Origin: an uncultured Planctomycetota bacterium
GTDB lineage: Bacteria; Planctomycetota; PLA2; JAEUHO01
Direction of reading: 5' to 3'
DNA: 64,000 nt
Assembly: GCA_963752285.1 (NCBI GenBank)
Contig: CAVVXN010000005.1
Span: forward strand, 384,001-448,000
Shown here: positions 46,447 through 56,200 of the stretch, one piece after another
Numbering within the stretch: position 1 is the stretch's first letter
Layout of the letters: every line of letters begins with the position of its first letter
Translations under genes and position numbers: made by a program
The notes under the pieces: generated by a model
Seen by the model: the letters and a program-made list of their open reading frames with translations, nothing else
The model's database searches: none
What the model was told of the DNA's origin: nothing

Positions 46447-48879
46447 CTACCCGGCGCCGCTCTCCGGATCGCCCGTCTCCTGTGCTCGGTCGGGCCGCGC
46501 CGAGCGGATCGCCTTCTCGACACGCCCCGTCTCGAGCTCGAACTCGGGACCGAGGAGGTCGGGGACCGGGTCGAGGGTCCCGCCCGGCGGCGGCTGGACC
46601 TGGCCCGATATGTAGCGGACCCGGTGCCGGCCGCTCGTCACGACGAGGCCGTCCACCAAGAGGTGGCGCTCGACGCCGTTCGGTCCGGGCACGTCCAGGA
46701 ACCCGCCCACGCGGCTCGGCCGGACGCGCGCGACGGCCTCGCCGTCGCCGCCCAGCGCGAGACGACCGGCGGGGTCCGAAACGAGCGTTCGCGCCCGCCG
46801 CCCCGCCGGCGCGAGGTCCACCCGACCCACGGCCCCCGCCTTGCCCTCGACGGCGTAGAGGAGGGTCCCCTCCAGCGGAGCGGCCCGAAGGTGCGACGCC
46901 GCGATCGCGCCCACCAGGAGCGCGATCCCCGCCAGGCCGATCAGCACGAGGCCGAGCCGACCCCACCGCGCGGGCACGTCCACCCGGACCTCGACCGAAC
47001 GAGGCGTCCCGCCCTCCGACCACGCGATCTCGATCGGCACCGTCTCGGCGCGGCCGGAGAAGATCGCGCCGCGCTCCCCGCGCCAGGGGCCTGCGGCCTC
47101 GATCCGCCAGAGACCGGGCGCGTCGGGCACGAGCACGAGGCGCACCGGCGCCGACGGGCCCACGCGGAGCGCGGGCGGGTGCTCGAGGAGGGCGAGCCGC
47201 CACGTTTCGTCGCCGCCGTCCGAGTCCAGGCGCAGGCGCAGGGGCTCGACCGGGACGACCCGGTCGCCTTCGAGCCGGAAGCCCCCGCCGCCTTCGAGCC
47301 GGAGACGGGGACGGCGGGGCCGAAGCGTCGCACGGCCCTTCGTCTCGAGCACCACGCCCGGTGTCGCGCCCGCCGCGAGCGTCACGGTCGCGGCGAAGGG
47401 GCGCGTCCCCTTCGCGAGTCGTGGCACGACGCGGTGGCGGCCCGGCAGGGGGACGACGATCTCCCGTCCGGGCGCGAAGCGAAGCACCCGGCCGTCGGAG
47501 AGCGTCACCTCGAACGAGAGGCCCGCGGGCGGGGCGGGGTCTACGTCGAGTCGGAGCGCGACCTCAGGCGGCGCGTTCGCGTCGTCGCGCTCGACGTCGA
47601 TGTCGAGCGCGTCGTCGTCTTCCCCCGCGGGCAGCGCGACCTCGCCGCCGGGGGCGTCGAGGCGCGCGTGCCCGTGGCCCGGCAGGACGACGACGTGATA
47701 GGAGAGCTCGATCGCGACGCCGGGCGTGCCGGAATCGAGCACGATCGTGCCCGAACGCTCGATCGGGTGGCCGGGGACCGCGTGCATCCGGATCGTGACC
47801 GGGGTCCGTTCGACGTCGTGCCGCGCCGGGCGCGTCTCGCCGAACGCGACCTCGACCTCCTCGGGCAGCGCGGCGTCGCGTCCGCGCGCGGTCCAGCGCG
47901 CGGGCGCGCCCACGACGACACGCTCGATCGTCCGCTCGACCACGAGGGGTCGGTCGGCCTCCAGGTCGAGCGCTTCGACGGGCGCGACGTCCTCCTTGAC
48001 GAGGCGTGCGTCCGGGCGGAGCTGGTCCCACACGACGCGCGCGGGCTCGGGGAGCGCCGCGGCGACCAGGACGGGCACGTCGTCTGCGACCGAGATCTCG
48101 ACCTGCGCCTTCGCGACCGCGGCCGTGGGGCGTGCGACCGAGGCGACGAGCTCCGCGCCCTCGAGCCGCGTCTTCACGTCGTCCGCTCCGTCCGTAGAGA
48201 CGAGGAGGGGCATCACGTCCGGTTGCACGCCGACGACCGCCGCGTCCACCCTCGCGCGGACACGGGCGCGGTACGGCTCGTCCGGTGCGATCGGCGAGTG
48301 CGGATCGACCTCGACGGCCGGCGGTCCGACGTCGAGGAGGACCCACCCGGAGCCCACGACGCCGGGAAGCGCCCCGACCGCGCGGCGCGCCGCCGTCCCG
48401 AGCGCGAGAGGCCAGATCCGGCTGCCCTCGGGCGCGCGATTCCGCCAGGTCTCGAGCGCCGCGTCGTCTTGTCCGGCGGGCAGGTCCTCGGTGCCCGAGA
48501 ACGGACCGACCAGCGCGAGGTCCACGGGCGTGTCGAAAGTCCGCCTCTCGAGCGCCAGCAGGACGCCCTGTCGCACGTCGGTCGGCCCCGTGAAGTCCCA
48601 GCCCTCCTTCGTGTCGGCCTCGCGGAGCGCGGCCGCCCGGTCCCCGCGCACGACGGCGAACCGAGGCCGTCCTCCCGCCCGCGTCCCGTAGAGGATCAGG
48701 GTGGAGGCCGCGTCGTCGCCCGCGATGCGGAGCGCGACCTCGGAGAGCCGGCTCGCGTCGTCCTTCGCGCCGCGCCCCCGGTCGAGGATCACGATCCGGC
48801 CGCGCGCCTCGCCCGGGGCGGCAAGCGCCGGCGAGAGGAGAGCCGCCAAGAGCGCCAGCGTCACGAGCGTCCGGCTCAT
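46447..48879 (-). CDS. Large single-pass membrane protein (degenerate vWA-like N-terminus, beta-rich repeats, TM, FHA-like tail)
   Basis: Signal peptide, IVILDRG, TM LGLVLIGLAGIALLVGAIA, C-terminal LVDGLVVTSGRHRVRY. Confidence 0.6.
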   Translation of the reverse strand: MSRTLVTLALLAALLSPALAAPGEARGRIVILDRGRGAKDDASRLSEVALRIAGDDAASTLILYGTRAGGRPRFAVVRGDRAAALREADTKEGWDFTGPTDVRQGVLLALERRTFDTPVDLALVGPFSGTEDLPAGQDDAALETWRNRAPEGSRIWPLALGTAARRAVGALPGVVGSGWVLLDVGPPAVEVDPHSPIAPDEPYRARVRARVDAAVVGVQPDVMPLLVSTDGADDVKTRLEGAELVASVARPTAAVAKAQVEISVADDVPVLVAAALPEPARVVWDQLRPDARLVKEDVAPVEALDLEADRPLVVERTIERVVVGAPARWTARGRDAALPEEVEVAFGETRPARHDVERTPVTIRMHAVPGHPIERSGTIVLDSGTPGVAIELSYHVVVLPGHGHARLDAPGGEVALPAGEDDDALDIDVERDDANAPPEVALRLDVDPAPPAGLSFEVTLSDGRVLRFAPGREIVVPLPGRHRVVPRLAKGTRPFAATVTLAAGATPGVVLETKGRATLRPRRPRLRLEGGGGFRLEGDRVVPVEPLRLRLDSDGGDETWRLALLEHPPALRVGPSAPVRLVLVPDAPGLWRIEAAGPWRGERGAIFSGRAETVPIEIAWSEGGTPRSVEVRVDVPARWGRLGLVLIGLAGIALLVGAIAASHLRAAPLEGTLLYAVEGKAGAVGRVDLAPAGRRARTLVSDPAGRLALGGDGEAVARVRPSRVGGFLDVPGPNGVERHLLVDGLVVTSGRHRVRYISGQVQPPPGGTLDPVPDLLGPEFELETGRVEKAIRSARPDRAQETGDPESGAG

Positions 48880-48904
48880 GGCGACACCCTACCGCGGCGG
48901 GGCC

Positions 48905-49846
48905 TCAGCGCCCGCAGAGCCGCCGGAAGCCGCACGTCGAGCAACGGGAGCGGTCGTCGGTCAGGGGGAAGTCCTCGCGATCGGCCCGGTTCGTCGCCGG
49001 GTCGGCGAGGCGGGCGCGCATCGCCGCGACGCTCGCGCGGATCTCGCCCCGCGCCTGCTCGAGCTCGACGGGACCGAGCACGAAGTCGTGGACGATCACC
49101 TCGGGGCCGAGGTAGACGAGGCGGTTCTTCACGCGCTCCGGGTCGATCCCGTGGCGGGACTCCATCCACAGCGTGTAGCCCGCGAGCTGGATGCGGTCCT
49201 CGTCGGGTTTCACCGCACCCGTCTTCCAGTCGTAGATCTCCGCGCCGCCGGTCCCGTCGCGGCGGGCGAAGTCGGGGACGGTCCAGATGCCCGTCCCCTC
49301 GAAGTCGAACTGGTCGAGGCGCTCGATCGGGAACCACCCGGCCGGGTCGGTCTCACGGATGTGCGCGAACACCTCGCTCTCGAGGAAGCCTCGGAGCGCG
49401 GTCTTCGCCTTCGCGTTGACCTCGCGCCACTGCGCGTCGTCCACCGGGTCCCGGTACTCGTGCTCCATCAGCCCGAAGCTCTTCTTCGGGTTGTCGCGGT
49501 ACCGGCCGGCGAGGCTCTCCCGGTACTGGGCGCGCATCGACCGGGTCATCCCCTCCACCTCCGCGGCGGGGTCGAGGGGGATCGCGGCGAACGGCAGCCG
49601 ATCCGCGAGCGCTCGCTCCTGGAGCCGCTTCAGGATCCGCTCGATCCTCGCGTGCACGGCGGAGCCGGCCCAGGACCAGCGGTTCGCGAGGTTCTTGAGG
49701 ACGTACGCCTCACGGGCCTCGGGCGGGGCGTTTCGGTCCCAGCCGCCCCACGCGCCGTAGTACTGCCACCAATACGCCCGGAGGCACCGGTCGAACGCCC
49801 CCGCGCGGGACCGCGACCAGGAGAACGCGTTCTCGAGGACCTTCAC
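48905..49846 (-). CDS. PD-(D/E)XK nuclease, Cas4/AddB-like with four Cys (Fe-S)
   Basis: S.SR...FDRC, GSAVH, E, PD, YDWKTG, QLAGY, CSTC..RRLC. Confidence 0.85.
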   Translation of the reverse strand: MKVLENAFSWSRSRAGAFDRCLRAYWWQYYGAWGGWDRNAPPEAREAYVLKNLANRWSWAGSAVHARIERILKRLQERALADRLPFAAIPLDPAAEVEGMTRSMRAQYRESLAGRYRDNPKKSFGLMEHEYRDPVDDAQWREVNAKAKTALRGFLESEVFAHIRETDPAGWFPIERLDQFDFEGTGIWTVPDFARRDGTGGAEIYDWKTGAVKPDEDRIQLAGYTLWMESRHGIDPERVKNRLVYLGPEVIVHDFVLGPVELEQARGEIRASVAAMRARLADPATNRADREDFPLTDDRSRCSTCGFRRLCGR

Positions 49847-49921
49847 GGCCGGATCGTAGCAACCGCGGGGCGCGAGACGCCCCGCGGTCTTCGCGACCCG
49901 CGACGTGCCTCGCGACGCGGC

Positions 49922-50086
49922 CTATCCCTGGCGCTGGAGGTCGCGCAGACGCCACGACCCGAGGGGGAGCTGGGGCGATGCCGACGGCACCGCGCAACGA
50001 CCGCGCCCTCACCCTCCGGACGAGCACGCGGGCAGCGCGAACGTGCCGGCGAGGAGCGCTGCGACGAGGATCAGCCTTCGGACCAT
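49922..50086 (-). CDS. Small lipoprotein, candidate selenoprotein (54 aa if TGA at 50011-50009 is read as Sec; 25 aa otherwise)
   Basis: TACACT -10 (50116-50111), GGAGGA RBS, ATG 50086; MVRRLILVAALLAGTFALPAC-SSGG-TGA-GRGRCAVP...RQG-TAG; hairpin 3' of the TGA. Confidence 0.55.
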
Positions 50087-50178
50087 GGGTTCCTCCCGAT
50101 GCGTCGGGGGAGTGTAATCGGCGACGACGCGCGAACAAGGCGCCGGGTCGCGGGGCAAAAGGCCCATCCGGACCGCGG

Positions 50179-53142
50179 TCACTCTCCCCGGGTGAGCTCG
50201 ACGACGACCTCGGCTTGGCCCCCGGGATCCACGCGGACGCTGGGTGCGTCGCCGGAGACCACGTACCCGGCGAGGTCCGTCCGGAGCGTGTAGACGCCCG
50301 GCGCGAGGTCGGTCAGCGCGGTCCGCCCCTCCCCGTCGGTCCGCCCCACGCCCGGGTCCGTGAGGCTCACGAGCGAGAGCGTGTGCGTGACGAGCTGTCC
50401 GCGGTCATCGAGCAGCGAGACCCGCGCGCCCGCCAGGGGGTGCTGGCTCGCGTCCAGGACCCGCACGGCGATCGCGCCGCCGCGGCGCAGGCGCGTGTCG
50501 GCCGTCCCTCCGCCCTCGTCCACGTCCACGGCGACGGAGGCGGGCGCGTAGCCGCGGGCCTCGACCTTCACCACGTACCGCCCGGGCGAGAGGCCGGAGA
50601 GGCGCCATCGCCCGTCGCTGCCCGAGGTGATGAGCGAGAACACCTGGATGGGCCGCCCCGACGCGTCCACGAGAGCGATGGTCGCGTCCTCGACCGGCGC
50701 GCCCGCGTCGTCCACGACGCGCCCCTGGAGGGCGACGCCGAGGGGCACGTGGAGCGTGCCGAGATCCAACGCCTGCCCGTCGGCGAGGGCGAACGGGTCG
50801 GTGACGAGGTTTCCGTAGCCGCTCCCGCTCGCGCGGACCCGGTACGTGCCCTCGGCGAGCCCCCGGGCGCGAAAGCCCCCGTCCTGGTCCGACACGACGG
50901 TGGCGCGTACCTGGCCGGGTCGGGCGCCCGGGCCGGCCAGCTCGATCTGGACCCACGCGCCGGACACCGGCGCGTCGTGGTCGCCGGCGATCCTCCCCTT
51001 CACCTCGCCGGCCGCGAACAGGAGGTCCACCTGGGCCGGCGTGCCGTCGTCGGCGACCGCGACGTCGCCCTTCACGGTGCTCGTGCCCTGCGCGGTGGTC
51101 GCGACGACGGTGACCGGGCCGGGCTGGACGCCGGTCGCGCGGAAGGCGCCCTGCTCGTCGGCCTCCACGTGGGTGGCCTGGCTCCATCCGCGCCCGTCGA
51201 TCACCGTGATCGCCGCGTGGGGGACGGGCTGGTCGCCCGACCGCACCGTTCCCTGGACGACGCCCTGACCGCCGGGCGCGGCCTGGTCGAGGTCCACGAC
51301 GACCTCGCCGGACGCCGGGACCGGCACGTCGCGACGGAGGATGCCGGGGGACCCGGCCTCCAGCGGTCCGGTGCTCACGGTGTAGGTGCCTGCCGCGACC
51401 CCGGGGAACGCGTATGCGCCGTCCGCGTCCGTGCGCGTCGTTCGCGCTTCGAAGAAGTCGAAGCCCGAGAAGAGGTTCACCTGCTCGTCGGGGAGCGGCG
51501 CGTGGTCCTGGCGAACGACCCCGCGCACGACGGCGCCCTTCTCGAGGCGCACCGTGATCTCCTTCCCCTGGCCCTCCAGGGCGGGGGTGACCTCGAGGAC
51601 GGCCGGGGCGTAGCCCTCTCGCTCCACGTGGATGCCCACCGACTCGTTCGGGAGGCCGCGCAAGACGAAGCTCCCCTCGGCGTCGGAGCGCGTGTACTCC
51701 TCGCGGGTCGCGCCGGGAGGGAACCCGCCGTGGCGGACGTAGACCTCGGCGCCCGAGACGTGGTTCCCCTCGGAGTCCGTGACGACCCCCGACACGCTTG
51801 CGCTCTTCGGGAGCACGATCGCGACGGACACCGTCTGACCGAGCGCTACCGTCGCCGTCTGGTCGGCCGCGACGTCGCCGGCCTCGCCCTGGACGGTGAG
51901 GTGGTACGTGCCCGGGGGCAGGTGGAGCACCTTGTGGCCCTCGGGGTCGTCCACGGCGAACTGGACCGAGTACGTGTAGCCGAACGGCTGGCTTCGCCAG
52001 GGGCGGAGCCCGTACCGGGGAACGGGCTTCCCGTCGGCGCGGGTCACGCGGACGTCGAGGTCGCCCGTACCGCCGAGCTGGAGCCGCACGCCCGCGCTCG
52101 GGGCGCGTACCGGGTTCGCGACGACCTGCCCCTTCTCGTCGTGGCCCGCGAAGAGCATGTAGCTCCCTTCCCGGAGGCCGTCGAGCACGAACGTCCCGTC
52201 CGCGCCCGTGCGCGCGGTGGGGGCGTTGGCGTAGGACGGCTGGTGGAGGCCCGAGACGAAGCCCCCTTCCACCGGGTCGCCGGTCGCGCTGACGAGCGTG
52301 CCGGAGATCGAGACGCCCGGCGCGAGGCGAAAGAGGACGTGCTTCGTGTCGTCTTCGCCGAGCACGATTCGCGGCTGCGCGTCCACGCGGAACCCGGGCG
52401 CGATCACCGCCACGTCGTACGTCTCGGGCGGGAGGCGCTCGAAGCGCGCCTCGCCGCGCTCGTCCGTCGTCGCGCGCCGGTCGATGCTGTCCCGTTCGCC
52501 CGAGAGCTCGGGACCCATCGCGAGGTCCAGGGCCCAGAGCATCGTGGTCGCAAGGACCTTCGCGCCGACGACGGGCCGGCCGACGCCGTCCTCGACCTTC
52601 ACGGCGAGGAGGTTCCGGAGCTCCTTCGCGCGCTCCAGGTCGATCGCCGGCACCTCGACCGTGGCGCCCTCGGCGACGGCGGGACTCGTCTCCGTCCGTC
52701 CGCGCCAGCCCTCGGCCTCCGCGCGGACGTCGAAGGTCCCCGCGGGGACGCCCGCGATCTCCCAGGTCCCGTTCGGACGCGTGCGGACCGCGGCGACGGT
52801 CGAGCGCGGCTCGAGGGCGAGCCGGACGAGCGCGCCGGGGAGCGGCGCGTCCGCCCCCGTGACCGTGCCCGTGAGGGTCGCCGAGCCGAGTGCGAGCTCG
52901 AGACGGCCGATCGGCGCGAAGCCGTAGGGGACCGCGTCGGGGGCCGCCGCCGCGTCCGGCGTCCCCGTCAGCCGAGCCGCCGTCTCGTGGACGAGGACCC
53001 CCGGGTCGCCGGCGGCCGCCGCCGCGGGCCCCACGTCGTCGCCCGAACCCCAGCCGAAGGGCCGCGCGAGGAGGAGCACCAGGGCCACCGCCACGACCGC
53101 CGCGCCCACGCCCACCAGGCCGAGAACTCTTCGCCGTTCCAT
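50179..53142 (-). CDS. Carboxypeptidase regulatory-like (transthyretin/Cna-B-like) multi-repeat surface protein
   Basis: N-terminal TM followed by many repeats of G.V.D..G.PV.GA.V...TD..G.F...GL.PG.Y.V; ATG 53142 with GGAGG RBS. Confidence 0.85.
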   Translation of the reverse strand: MERRRVLGLVGVGAAVVAVALVLLLARPFGWGSGDDVGPAAAAAGDPGVLVHETAARLTGTPDAAAAPDAVPYGFAPIGRLELALGSATLTGTVTGADAPLPGALVRLALEPRSTVAAVRTRPNGTWEIAGVPAGTFDVRAEAEGWRGRTETSPAVAEGATVEVPAIDLERAKELRNLLAVKVEDGVGRPVVGAKVLATTMLWALDLAMGPELSGERDSIDRRATTDERGEARFERLPPETYDVAVIAPGFRVDAQPRIVLGEDDTKHVLFRLAPGVSISGTLVSATGDPVEGGFVSGLHQPSYANAPTARTGADGTFVLDGLREGSYMLFAGHDEKGQVVANPVRAPSAGVRLQLGGTGDLDVRVTRADGKPVPRYGLRPWRSQPFGYTYSVQFAVDDPEGHKVLHLPPGTYHLTVQGEAGDVAADQTATVALGQTVSVAIVLPKSASVSGVVTDSEGNHVSGAEVYVRHGGFPPGATREEYTRSDAEGSFVLRGLPNESVGIHVEREGYAPAVLEVTPALEGQGKEITVRLEKGAVVRGVVRQDHAPLPDEQVNLFSGFDFFEARTTRTDADGAYAFPGVAAGTYTVSTGPLEAGSPGILRRDVPVPASGEVVVDLDQAAPGGQGVVQGTVRSGDQPVPHAAITVIDGRGWSQATHVEADEQGAFRATGVQPGPVTVVATTAQGTSTVKGDVAVADDGTPAQVDLLFAAGEVKGRIAGDHDAPVSGAWVQIELAGPGARPGQVRATVVSDQDGGFRARGLAEGTYRVRASGSGYGNLVTDPFALADGQALDLGTLHVPLGVALQGRVVDDAGAPVEDATIALVDASGRPIQVFSLITSGSDGRWRLSGLSPGRYVVKVEARGYAPASVAVDVDEGGGTADTRLRRGGAIAVRVLDASQHPLAGARVSLLDDRGQLVTHTLSLVSLTDPGVGRTDGEGRTALTDLAPGVYTLRTDLAGYVVSGDAPSVRVDPGGQAEVVVELTRGE

Positions 53143-53257
53143 CTGGCACCTCCCACGCGAGGACCCCCGAGCGTAGCCTGCTCGGCCGGCGGCGGGGCCG
53201 CGGAGGGGTAGCCCGACCCCCCGTCGCCCCGAGAATCGAACGCGGGGGGCGCGTCGC

Positions 53258-56200
53258 ATGTCGGAGCCCGAACGGGTCTCACTGGTCCTCTCGGAATGGC
53301 TGGCGCATCGGGACGAGATCACGCCCGAGGAGATGCTGGCCCGCCATCCGGCGATCGCGGAGGAGCTCCGGCGAAACTTCGTCTCCCTCGGCGTGCTCGA
53401 CGCCGCGCCGGCCGCGTCGCCCGCCGTGCCGCCCGGCGCCGGCGCGCCGGCGGGCGACGCGTCCGGCGAGGCTCCGGACGCGCACGCGACCGCCGCGCTG
53501 CCGCGCGGCGTGCTCCCGGGGCGCGGACCGCCGTCGGCGCGGAGGCCCGCGACGGAGGGCGCAGGGCCGACCGCGCCGTCCGGACCCGAGTCGCCGAGGC
53601 CCGATTCGCCCGAGCCCGAGCCGTCGAAACCGGCGCCGCCCGAGCCCGCGCCCCCCGCCCCGGAGCCGTCGAGGCCCACGCCGCCCCGGCTCGCTCGTCC
53701 GAAACCCAGGCCGCCGAAGCCCGAGCCGCCGAAGCCGATGCCCCCGGCGCCGCGACCCGTCCCGACGCCGCCGCCGCCGCAGTCGCCGCCGAAGGCGCCG
53801 CCATCGACACCGGCTCCGTCTGCGCCCGCGCCTCCGACCCGAGGGCCCACGTCTTCCCGCAGCGCGGCGCCGGCGCGCGCTCGCCCGTCCCCGCTCGCGC
53901 TGGTGGGGCGACATCCGCTCGTGGCCGTGGCCGTGCTCGTCCTCGCGGCGGCGGGGGCGGGCGCGTTCTGGTGGATGCGCCGTTCGTCCCGCGAAGCGGA
54001 CGCGGCGCGGCGCGCGCGCTACGAAGCCGCGATCGAGGCGGCCGAGCTCCCCCGCGCGAGCGGGCCCGACGCCTGGCCCGAGGCGGGTCTGCGGCCTCTC
54101 GAGACGCTCGCGGAGGCGAAGGTCGTCGATCCCGCCCGCCCCGAGGCCTTCCTGCTCGCGGCGCTGATCCCGGGACGCGACGCCACGGCGCGCCAGGAGG
54201 ACCTCGCGGCCGCCGTGAAGCGCGGCGCGGGACCCGCGACCGCGGCCGTCGTCGAGGCGGAGATCGGCGGACAGGACGCGCCCGGCGCCGTCTCCTCGGC
54301 GATCCCCGACGACGCGGCGGCCGCGGCCTGGGTCGAGGGCGTGGCCCTCGCCGGGCGTGGCGAGCTCGCCGACGCGACGGCGCGGCTCGACGCCGCCGTC
54401 GAGGCGGCGAAGGGCGCGGGGGTGGCGACGTTCGCTCGGCGCCTGCGGGCGTCGATCCGGCTGGGCTCGGGCGACCTCGACGGCGCCGCGGACGACCTCG
54501 CGTCGTTGACGGCCGCGGGGGCCGGGGCCGACGTCCAGGTCGCGTCCGCGTGGATCGACCACGAGCGCGGGAAGGACGACGCGGAGCGGCGCTTCGACGC
54601 GCTCCTCGCCGGCGCCAAGGCCGAGGGGTCCGCGGACGCGCTCCTGCGCCTCGCCGCGGCGTGCCGGCAGGCCGGAGCGCGCGCGTGGCACGCGAAGACC
54701 ACCGAGGCGGCGCTCGCGGCAGGCCGGCGCACCGCGGCGCTCCTCGTGGCGCGGGCCTCCGACGATCCCGGCGCCGCGGGGGACCTCGCCGACGAGGCGC
54801 TCCGCCTCGAGCCGAAGCTCCACGCCGCCCGGGAGCTCCGCGCGATGGCGAGCGGACGCGCGGGGCGCGTCGCCGACGAGATCGAGGCCCTCGAGGCCGG
54901 CCTCGGCGAGCGGCCCGACTGCCCCGCGTGCCTCGCGCGCCTCGCGTGGGCGCGGACGCGCGTCGGTCCCCTCGCCGAGGCCGAGCCGCCCGCGCGCCGT
55001 GCCCTCGAGCTCGACCCGGGCGCGGTCGATCCGGCCCTCGCGCTCGCCCGTTCGCTCCTCCTCCGCGGCGCGCCCGGCGAGGCGCGCGCGGTGCTCGAGG
55101 CGTGTGCCAAGCGTCGGCCGCACGACGCGCGGGTCGCCGCGGCCCAGGGCGACGCGCTCCGGGGCCTCGGCCGAACGCAGGAGGCGAGCGCGGCGTACGA
55201 GCGCGCGCTCGCGCTCGAGCCCCACCTCGCCGTCGCCGCGGCGGGCCTCGGCCGGCTGGCGGAGCGCGCCGGCGCTTGGGAGGACGCGGAGCGACGCTAC
55301 GCGGAGGCGATCGCCGCGGACCCCACGGACGCCGCGTGTCACGTCGCGCGCTGGCGCGTCCTCGTGCGCCTCGGCCGCACGGACGAGAGGAAGTCGGCGC
55401 TCGACGTGGCCGCGAGCGCGGCCGACCCGCGCGTGCGCGGGCACGCGCTCGAGGCCCTCGGGCGGCTCGACGACGCGAGCGCGGCGTACGCGGACGCCGA
55501 GAAGGCGCTCGGGCCCACGGCCGAGGTGCTCGAGGACCGCGCACGGGTCGCGACCTCGCTCGGGCGCGAGGACGACGCGCTGCCGCTCCTCGAGAGGGCG
55601 GCGCTCCTCGCGCCGGTGCGGGCGAGCGTCGAGGAGGAGATCGGTCGGGCTCACGCCGCGAAGGGCGAGGCCGCCCCCGCGCTCGCCGCGTTCGAGAAGG
55701 CGCTCTCGCTCGATCCCGACCGCGCGGCGGCGCACGCAGGCCGTGCACGGCTTCGCCTCGCGGCGGACGACCCGACCGGTGCGATGGCCGACGCGGAGGC
55801 GGCGGTCCGGCTGGCGCCCGACGACGCCGAGTTCCGGCTCGACCACGCGCGCGCGCTCGTGCAGACGGGAGACACGAAGGGGGCGGAGACGGAGGCGCGG
55901 GAGGCCGTGCGTCTCTCGCCCCGCCTCGTGGCCGGGCTCGTGCTCGTCTCCGACCTCGTGCGTCGGCGCGACGGGCCCCGGGAGGAGGCGCTGGACCTCC
56001 TCGACCGCGCGCTCCGCGCGGCGCCCGACGACTTCGGCGCCAATCGCCGGCGGGGCGAGGTGCTGTTCGAGGCGGGGCGGTTCGCCGACGCCACCCAGTC
56101 GCTCGACCGCGCGATCGCGTCGCAGGACGACGCGGCGGTCCGTGCGCTCCGCGGACGGGCGCTCTTCGAGCTGAAGCGGTTCGACCTGGTCGCGACCGAC

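Noticed and set aside
48905..50180. Possible CRISPR-Cas locus around the Cas4-like nuclease
   Set aside because: No regularly spaced direct repeats and no cas1/cas2 or effector genes seen in the window.
53580..53840. Repetitive CCG/GAGCCC-rich DNA
   Set aside because: Explained by the Pro-rich coding linker (PEP/PKP) of the TPR protein; not an independent repeat.
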